From an uncultured Nitrospinaceae bacterium (GTDB taxonomy: Bacteria > Desulfobacterota > Desulfobacteria > Desulfobacterales > UBA11574), in contig CAXMTB010000004.1 in NCBI GenBank assembly GCA_964195835.1, positions 1 through 50,821 of the forward strand: 50,821 bases of DNA, read 5' to 3'. Of this stretch, positions 45,504 through 50,821 are shown one piece after another. The position numbers were made by a program, and so were the translations under genes. The notes under the pieces are model-generated. The model searched no databases. It saw only the letters and a list, made by a program, of their open reading frames with translations, and was not told where the DNA came from. Numbering within the stretch: position 1 is the first letter of the stretch; every line of letters begins with the position of its first letter.

Positions 45504-46088
45504 ATGAAAAACAATGAACAGACCTGTTCCTGGCCAAAAGGAGATCCGCTTCTTATAAAATATCATGATAAAGAATGGGGCACTCCGCTGCATAACGACA
45601 AAAAACTTTTTGAATTTCTTATCCTTGAGGGATTTCAGGCAGGATTAAGCTGGCTGACAATTTTGAGAAAAAGAGAAAATTTCCGGAAGGCTTTTGATAA
45701 ATTTGATTTCAACAAAGTTGCAACGTATGATCAGCGAAAAACAAACTCCCTGCTACAAGACAGCGGAATAATCCGAAACAAATTAAAGATTGAAAGTGCA
45801 GTTACAAATGCAAAGGCTTTTATTGAAGTCAGAAAAGAATTCGGAACCTTTAATAAATACATATGGAAATTTACCGGCGGCAGGCCAATCCACAATAGAT
45901 TTGAATCTCTGAAAGAAATTCCCGCAAAAACAGAACTGTCCGATCTTATCAGCAAAGATTTAAAAAAGAGAGGATTTAAATTTGTCGGGTCAACAATTGT
46001 ATATGCGCATATGCAGGCAACCGGTATGGTGAATGATCATATTAAAAGTTGCTTCAGGTATAAAGAGATTATCGAAAAGTACGGATAG
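45504..46088 (+). CDS. tag: DNA-3-methyladenine glycosylase I
   Basis: YHDKEWGTPLHNDKKLFEFLILEGFQAGLSWLTILRKRENF. Confidence 0.9.
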   Translation: MKNNEQTCSWPKGDPLLIKYHDKEWGTPLHNDKKLFEFLILEGFQAGLSWLTILRKRENFRKAFDKFDFNKVATYDQRKTNSLLQDSGIIRNKLKIESAVTNAKAFIEVRKEFGTFNKYIWKFTGGRPIHNRFESLKEIPAKTELSDLISKDLKKRGFKFVGSTIVYAHMQATGMVNDHIKSCFRYKEIIEKYG

Positions 46089-46098
46089 CAAGGGAAAA

Positions 46099-46270
46099 AG
46101 TTTGAAGTTTGAAGTGCCTAAAGTGAGCTAAAGCCCGCCCTGGTGCGAATCGTTCATATATCGATCTGGCTTAGGCACCATTACAAACATGACTTTTTGA
46201 GTATACAGTATTGGTTATCGTTCTGGGCCAGGGTTGAGGAACGCGCTTTCAGCGCGATCAATTATAATTA
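46099..46270. repeat. Family C structured repeat, copy 1 (right arm truncated)
   Basis: aagtttgaagtgcctaaagtgagctaaagcccgccctggtgcgaatcgtt.atata..gatctg.ctta...acaaacat...agtattggt.atcg.tctgggccagggtt aligns with 50381-50525. Confidence 0.8.
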
Positions 46271-46700
46271 AAATTGATAGTGTACCTTAACTTCCCCCTT
46301 TAATGCGGGATAAATAGGCACAACCTGACAATGGAGGCCACGAGGAACAGCGTCAATAAAGGAATGAGCATAGGATGCTTTGCTCCCGCTAATGTTGACG
46401 AATCACATTTATATGGTTAATGGTGCCGTGTCCTATATAGAGCCTTTTCCCATGATATCTGTCAAGAATGAAGATTTATCCTGTTAAATTCGGAGCATAT
46501 TTAACCGGGACCTGCCCCCCTTGTTTTCTCTGGAGATTGCTCTGTCTGTGCTAAAAGGCTGATTCGTTATTTAGTGTCCATACATAAATAAGGATTTTTG
46601 TTCGAAATCAAGGCATGCGAAAAAAATAACCGCAGGCATATAGTTGATATTCCGAGGATTATTTTTTGAGCATCACGCAGAGATTGGGCAAAAAGGCTAT

Positions 46701-47372
46701 TTATGGATGGACACTATTTAGATATTCTCCCATAAGCAGCCTGTTTTTGGGCGTGATATCGTTGGGAATTTTCTGGGTCACAATCCGGTATCCCTTTGAT
46801 CTAAGCCTCACCGCTCTTACCGTATCCACGGCAAGGGTTTTATCCATCCAACCTTCAAGGCCGTCTGTGGAAGATTCCTTCAAATCATGACAGCAGGGCA
46901 GAACCGCTACCCTGGCATGCTGTTCAATGGCCTTGTCAATAATCAGATCGGTTAAAGATCCACAGGCATGGGCTGAAACCACAATATCATCCGGAAGAAT
47001 GGTGATCTCCTGGAAAGGTACTTCTTTGTAGATGACTCTGTTTTTCAGTCTCGGCCAGGATGTGATCAATGCGTTGGACAATTTTCCTGCATTTAAAGGG
47101 ATTTTTTTGTCCACGGCAATGGCTGTCTTTGAACTGTCATCAAGGATGAGCATGATATGCGCCAAAAGGCCATGACCGCAGGCAAGATCTATAATCCTGC
47201 CGCCCCTGTATCTTCGCCGGACCCTTTTTGCCATTTCCCATGCTTCATAGAGCTCTTTTCTCGGAAGCGTTCCGGCGCGGCAGACAGCCCTTGCAATTTT
47301 ATCGAAAAGGCTGTTGCCGAAAAAGAGTGACTGCTGCCGGAGTGTCAATCTGTTCTTTGAAGATTTATTCAT
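46701..47372 (-). CDS. SAM-dependent methyltransferase (Methyltransf_32-like)
   Basis: IIDLACGHGLLA, SAHACGSLTD, VLPCCH. Confidence 0.65.
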   Translation of the reverse strand: MNKSSKNRLTLRQQSLFFGNSLFDKIARAVCRAGTLPRKELYEAWEMAKRVRRRYRGGRIIDLACGHGLLAHIMLILDDSSKTAIAVDKKIPLNAGKLSNALITSWPRLKNRVIYKEVPFQEITILPDDIVVSAHACGSLTDLIIDKAIEQHARVAVLPCCHDLKESSTDGLEGWMDKTLAVDTVRAVRLRSKGYRIVTQKIPNDITPKNRLLMGEYLNSVHP

Positions 47373-47560
47373 GATCCATAAAATCTGCTTTTTTACATGT
47401 ATGTTTTTAGTTTTTCAGTTATATTTTTAAGCCTCGAAACTCTCTGGTGATAAGACAAAATCAACGTTATACTCTTCTCTTTTACCATCAAGGGTCAAAC
47501 ATAGACTTAACCCAATTTCTGAAAAATTATAAAGAACTCAAGGTTTTGCACTGTCGCAAT

Positions 47561-47941
47561 TTAGATCTGTACCCGAAAATTAAGAACATCTTTCATTAGG
47601 CTGAAATGATTGTCCAGAGAGTAAATTTCACAATGATTTTTTTTTGCGTTTTGGACAATTATTAGATCCGGTATACCAACCCCATTCAATCCATTTTTGA
47701 GGCATTTGTATTGATACTCAATAATTTGATCCCAATTGATGGACAAATTTAGCTTTTTGATTTTAAACAATACATTGATAATATTTCTTTTGTTTTGTAT
47801 TTTCAAAAATGGTACCAGCTCTGCCAAAATGAGATCATTTGTTACAAGGAGATTTTCATCAATTAAGAAATCAAGTTTTTCAGAATTAATTCCTTTCCTG
47901 AAATACTCAATCCATACTGAAGTATCGACCAATACCGACAT
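47561..47941 (-). CDS. vapC: PIN-domain toxin, VapC family
   Basis: MSVLVDTSVWIEYF... with further conserved acidic positions. Its start overlaps the antitoxin stop by 1 nt. Confidence 0.85.
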   Translation of the reverse strand: MSVLVDTSVWIEYFRKGINSEKLDFLIDENLLVTNDLILAELVPFLKIQNKRNIINVLFKIKKLNLSINWDQIIEYQYKCLKNGLNGVGIPDLIIVQNAKKNHCEIYSLDNHFSLMKDVLNFRVQI

Positions 47942-48132
47942 TAGCGCCCTCTGATAGTGTCTAAATCAATATCCAAATCGACTTTTCCCTTAAATTTTTT
48001 TAACTCTGAAATTTTTGATTTTCTAATTAATTCTTCCAAGGCTACGGTAATCACTTTTGTCTTTGTCTTAATGTGTGTTACCTTCATGGCCTCATCTAAT
48101 AAATTCTCGGGTAAATCAAGCGTTGTTCTCAT
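47941..48132 (-). CDS. vapB: VapB-type antitoxin (DUF2191-like)
   Basis: MRTTLDLPENLLDEAMKVT..KTKVITVALEELIRK. Confidence 0.8.
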   Translation of the reverse strand: MRTTLDLPENLLDEAMKVTHIKTKTKVITVALEELIRKSKISELKKFKGKVDLDIDLDTIRGR

Positions 48133-48334
48133 AATCAGCCCCCCTTTTTACTTTATGCATAAAATTATCATATTATGCATAAAGTGTCAATTTTTATATG
48201 CCGAACGCCGTGCAAACGTGAACTATCCGGGCGAAAAATTATAGAGGGAAATGGGGATGGGAAATACTGGAAATGGAAATTTAGGCGCAGATTCCCCCGA
48301 TAACGGGATCTTCGTTTCACTACGAAAGGCATCG

Positions 48335-48537
48335 AGGGTTCAAGGATTCAAGTGAAATGCTGAAAAATTATAAAGTGCTCAAGGTTCGGCAAAAGTCCTG
48401 TCAACAACGCAAACATTATTATCCGGGGATCTGGGCTATCCTAAGAAGGAAGGTCTATCAGGACCCCGGAGGGACATCGGTGAAGTAAAATCGAAAACAA
48501 ACACTCGACCCCTTGACTCCCTGAATCCTTGAACCCT
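48335..48537. repeat. Inverted pair of family D units bracketing ~140 nt
   Basis: agggttcaaggattcaagtgaaatgct (48335-48362) versus cactcgaccccttgactccctgaatccttgaaccct (48502-48537, inverted). Confidence 0.7.
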
Positions 48538-48557
48538 TTTCTCGCTTTTAAGGCATT

Positions 48558-49544
48558 TTATCCTTTTATCTCATTGATCCGGTCCGTGAGATCGGGAATA
48601 AAATCGAGGATGTCATCCACAACGCCAACATCCGCAGCCTGAAAGATGGGTGCTTTGGGGTTTTTGTTTACGGCAACAACAAAAGGCGCGCCCTTGAGGC
48701 CGCCAAGGTGCTGAAATGACCCGCTGATCCCTAATGCCATATAGACCTTCGGTTTGACGATCTTGCCCGAGGTTCCAACCTGACGGGATTTTTCCAGCCA
48801 TTTTGCATCTACTATGGGTCTGGAACATGACACATCCGCGCCCATGGCTTTTGCCAGATCGAATACCATCTCCAGGTTATCCTCATCTTCGATTCCCCTG
48901 CCCACCGATACCAGGATATCCGACTTGGTGATATCGACATCGCCGACTTCAGCCTCGACAATTTCCAGAAAGCGGCGAACACCATCTGCGAGACCGCCCT
49001 CCATGGCTTCGGCAGTTTTGTCAACGATGTTGCCGTTGGCACTTTTGCTTTCATCTGCTTTGAAAGATCCCGGGCGGATGGTGATCACGACACCCCGGGA
49101 GATATCGCAAAGTACGTGTGTGCTGACCTGTCCGCCGTATTCCTCACGAACAGCTTTGAGTTTGCCGTCTTCGATGCCTTCAAAATCGACAGCATCCGGA
49201 AGATATGCCGCGTCAAGCTTTACGGAAAGGCCCGGCGCCAGATCCATACCAAAATGTTCATGGGGAATCAGAACGATGCCTTCCTTTGGCAGAATACGGG
49301 TCAGCATCGGCCGGATCACTTCTGCATTAATATAAGCCAGAGCTTCATTATCGATCTTCCAGACCTCGGAGAAAGAAGACGCAACATCCTTGCACACCCC
49401 ATCGAGTTCGGCGCCGGAACCTGCAATCACGGCAGTAAGCGAAGCATCTGTATTGAGTTTTCCGGCCGCGGTGATCATTTCAAGGGCCGTATCGTCTACA
49501 ACACCATTCTTGTGTATAATATATGCAAAAACCTGTTGGGCCAT
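48558..49544 (-). CDS. etfA: Electron transfer flavoprotein alpha subunit
   Basis: 328 aa with the C-terminal FAD region VGTSGKIVKPKVYMALGISGSFQHLGG..GAPFVVAVNKNPKAPIF..ADVGVV. Confidence 0.9.
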   Translation of the reverse strand: MAQQVFAYIIHKNGVVDDTALEMITAAGKLNTDASLTAVIAGSGAELDGVCKDVASSFSEVWKIDNEALAYINAEVIRPMLTRILPKEGIVLIPHEHFGMDLAPGLSVKLDAAYLPDAVDFEGIEDGKLKAVREEYGGQVSTHVLCDISRGVVITIRPGSFKADESKSANGNIVDKTAEAMEGGLADGVRRFLEIVEAEVGDVDITKSDILVSVGRGIEDEDNLEMVFDLAKAMGADVSCSRPIVDAKWLEKSRQVGTSGKIVKPKVYMALGISGSFQHLGGLKGAPFVVAVNKNPKAPIFQAADVGVVDDILDFIPDLTDRINEIKG

Positions 49545-50335
49545 TATTTGATCCCTCCCTTGGTTTTTAAGAGTTCGACGAGTTTATCGATGATTTCATC
49601 GGTGTCCCCTTCCAGAATCTCTGCGCCCTCGGCCGTGTCAGGCACAAAATAATCGAGACGCTTTATTCGAGCCCCGGATTCTCCGACAGTGTCCCCGGCA
49701 ATCCCGAGATCGCCGGCGGTTTGAACCGGTATTTCAAGTGACGACACCTTCCGGATTCCGCGAATACCCACATACCGCGGCTCGTTGATGCCGGTCTGAA
49801 TAGAGAGAACACAAGGGAGATCGATTTCATTCATCTCCTGGTTTCCGCCGGCAATTTCACGACCGACTTTAATTTTTTTGTCATCGATAACTTCCAGAAG
49901 ATTGACCAAAGAAGCATAGGGCCAGTCGAGCATGGCGGCCAGCATGCCGCCCACCTGGCCTGCCCCGTCATCTGCCTGGGCGCCGGTCAAAATCAGGTCA
50001 TAATTCCCCTTTTCAACCGCTGCTTTTAAAACAGCGGCAATCCCTTTTCCATCAGATCCATTAAACGCATCGTCTGAAAGGAGTACGCCGTTATCAGCGC
50101 CCATGGCCATCTCTCTTCGAACGATCTCCTCATCTTCCTCGTCGCCAACGGTAACGACGGTAATGCTGCCGCCGACCTTGTCTCGAATCTGAATGGCTTC
50201 TTCAACAGCATAATTGTCCCATTCGTTTACAGAATATACCAGGTCATCCCGTTCGATATCCGTACCGTCTCTGTTGACCTCGATCTCATTTTCCGAGGTG
50301 TCCGGAACCCGCTTAACACACACTAATATTTCCAT
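49544..50335 (-). CDS. etfB: Electron transfer flavoprotein beta subunit
   Basis: MEILVCVKRVPD...NEWDNYAVEEA...LILTGAQADD. I prefer the start at 50335, preceded by AGGAGGG. The ORF track extends to 50356. Confidence 0.9.
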   Translation of the reverse strand: MEILVCVKRVPDTSENEIEVNRDGTDIERDDLVYSVNEWDNYAVEEAIQIRDKVGGSITVVTVGDEEDEEIVRREMAMGADNGVLLSDDAFNGSDGKGIAAVLKAAVEKGNYDLILTGAQADDGAGQVGGMLAAMLDWPYASLVNLLEVIDDKKIKVGREIAGGNQEMNEIDLPCVLSIQTGINEPRYVGIRGIRKVSSLEIPVQTAGDLGIAGDTVGESGARIKRLDYFVPDTAEGAEILEGDTDEIIDKLVELLKTKGGIK

Positions 50336-50380
50336 ATTTTCCCTCCTAATATTCAATCATCAATCAACAATCATCAATAA

Positions 50381-50612
50381 AAGTTGCAAGTGACTAAAGT
50401 GAGCTAAAATGAGCTAAAGCCCGCCCTGGTGCGAATCGTTAATATATTGATCTGACTTATATATCAATACAAACATAGCTCCTTTAGTATAAAGTATTGG
50501 TAATCGGTCTGGGCCAGGGTTAAGGAATTTTTAGCCAATTATATTTTAATGACAGCGCGTTAGCGCTACCTCAACTTTAGGCACTTTAGATCACTTCAAA
50601 CTTTAGACACTT
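50381..50612. repeat. Family C structured repeat, copy 2 (complete, with inverted CTAAAGTG-rich arms)
   Basis: The left arm aagttgcaagtgactaaagtgagctaaaatgagctaaag and the right arm actttaggcactttagatcacttcaaactttagacactt are mutually inverted. The core is shared with 46099-46270. Confidence 0.8.
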
Positions 50613-50627
50613 GTTATCTGTTGCTCA

Positions 50628-50821
50628 TCAATTATCAATTATATGTTGGTTAACCAATTCCACCAGATCTATGGCCTCCATCTCCCCTTCCAGGCCGCTG
50701 GTTTTGATGGCATCTTCTATATTGACCATGCAAAAGGGACAGGCGGTAACGATGATGTTCGCTCCGGCTGCTTTTGCCATTTCAACCCTGACCTGCCCCA
50801 TCCGTTTTTCCTCTATGGGTT
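50628..50821 (-). CDS. C-terminus of a CCG-domain (HdrD/GlcF-like) Fe-S oxidoreductase; 5' end outside the window
   Basis: Hand translation gives ...PIEEKRMGQVRVEMAKAAGANIIVTACPFCMVNIEDAIKTSGLEGEMEAIDLVELVNQHIIDN*. It is co-oriented with etfBA. Confidence 0.6.
   Translation of the reverse strand, partial: PIEEKRMGQVRVEMAKAAGANIIVTACPFCMVNIEDAIKTSGLEGEMEAIDLVELVNQHIIDN

Noticed and set aside
48246-48278. GGAAAT-rich short tandem stretch and nearby repeats considered as a possible CRISPR array or leader.
   Set aside because: The units are 6-8 nt, irregular and lack spacers of constant length. No repeat-spacer periodicity occurs anywhere in the window, and there are no cas genes.

Overview
This is a 50.8 kb window of low-GC bacterial chromosome. 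Hand counts of sample lines give roughly 33-45% G+C outside the first 1.4 kb. Gene content looks like a sulfate-reducing deltaproteobacterium (Desulfobacterales-like): Wood-Ljungdahl accessory genes, ETF/beta-oxidation genes, many two-component proteins and dense intergenic repeats. That taxonomic guess is inference only.

Layout:
- 1-1369: a very GC-rich, edge-truncated formate-THF ligase gene. A 58-codon low-GC remnant of a second fhs N-terminus lies just upstream of it.
- ~1665-8990: a gene-poor accessory or decayed mobile region. It holds a tyrosine integrase next to a 3' fragment of tRNA-Arg, and a three-gene cargo bracketed by ~100 bp direct repeats. The cargo is a small helical protein, a trypsin-like protease fused to a DksA/TraR zinc finger, and a Mut7-C RNase. 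The region also holds a candidate sRNA, REP-like hairpins and a transposase remnant.
- 8994-17278: an output-less Cache-HAMP-PAS sensor, followed by a tight operon. The operon encodes a signal-peptide-less [NiFe]-hydrogenase small and large subunit, a maturation endopeptidase, a hybrid histidine kinase and a REC-GGDEF diguanylate cyclase. I consider this putative H2-to-c-di-GMP signalling module the most interesting system in the window.
- 17830-23000: ETF-QO, UbiB, a phasin-like protein and an acyl-CoA dehydrogenase.
- 23244-29313: CooC, an HDAC-type deacetylase, a CBS protein, PrmA, an MBL hydrolase, a sirtuin and a short CFeSP/HgcA-like protein.
- 29318-39440: cell-envelope genes, namely an AMIN protein, an LdtD-like/MepK-like pair, an MlaC-RND-MlaA lipid-transport-like operon and an alpha/beta hydrolase.
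- 39665-43812: an ECF sigma factor, an anti-sigma factor and a VIT-vWA protein.
- 44136-50821: housekeeping genes (aldo/keto reductase, Tag, a methyltransferase), a VapBC toxin-antitoxin pair, and EtfAB with a partial Fe-S oxidoreductase.

At least four families of structured or palindromic intergenic repeats recur through the window. I found no CRISPR array, no rRNA and no complete tRNA.
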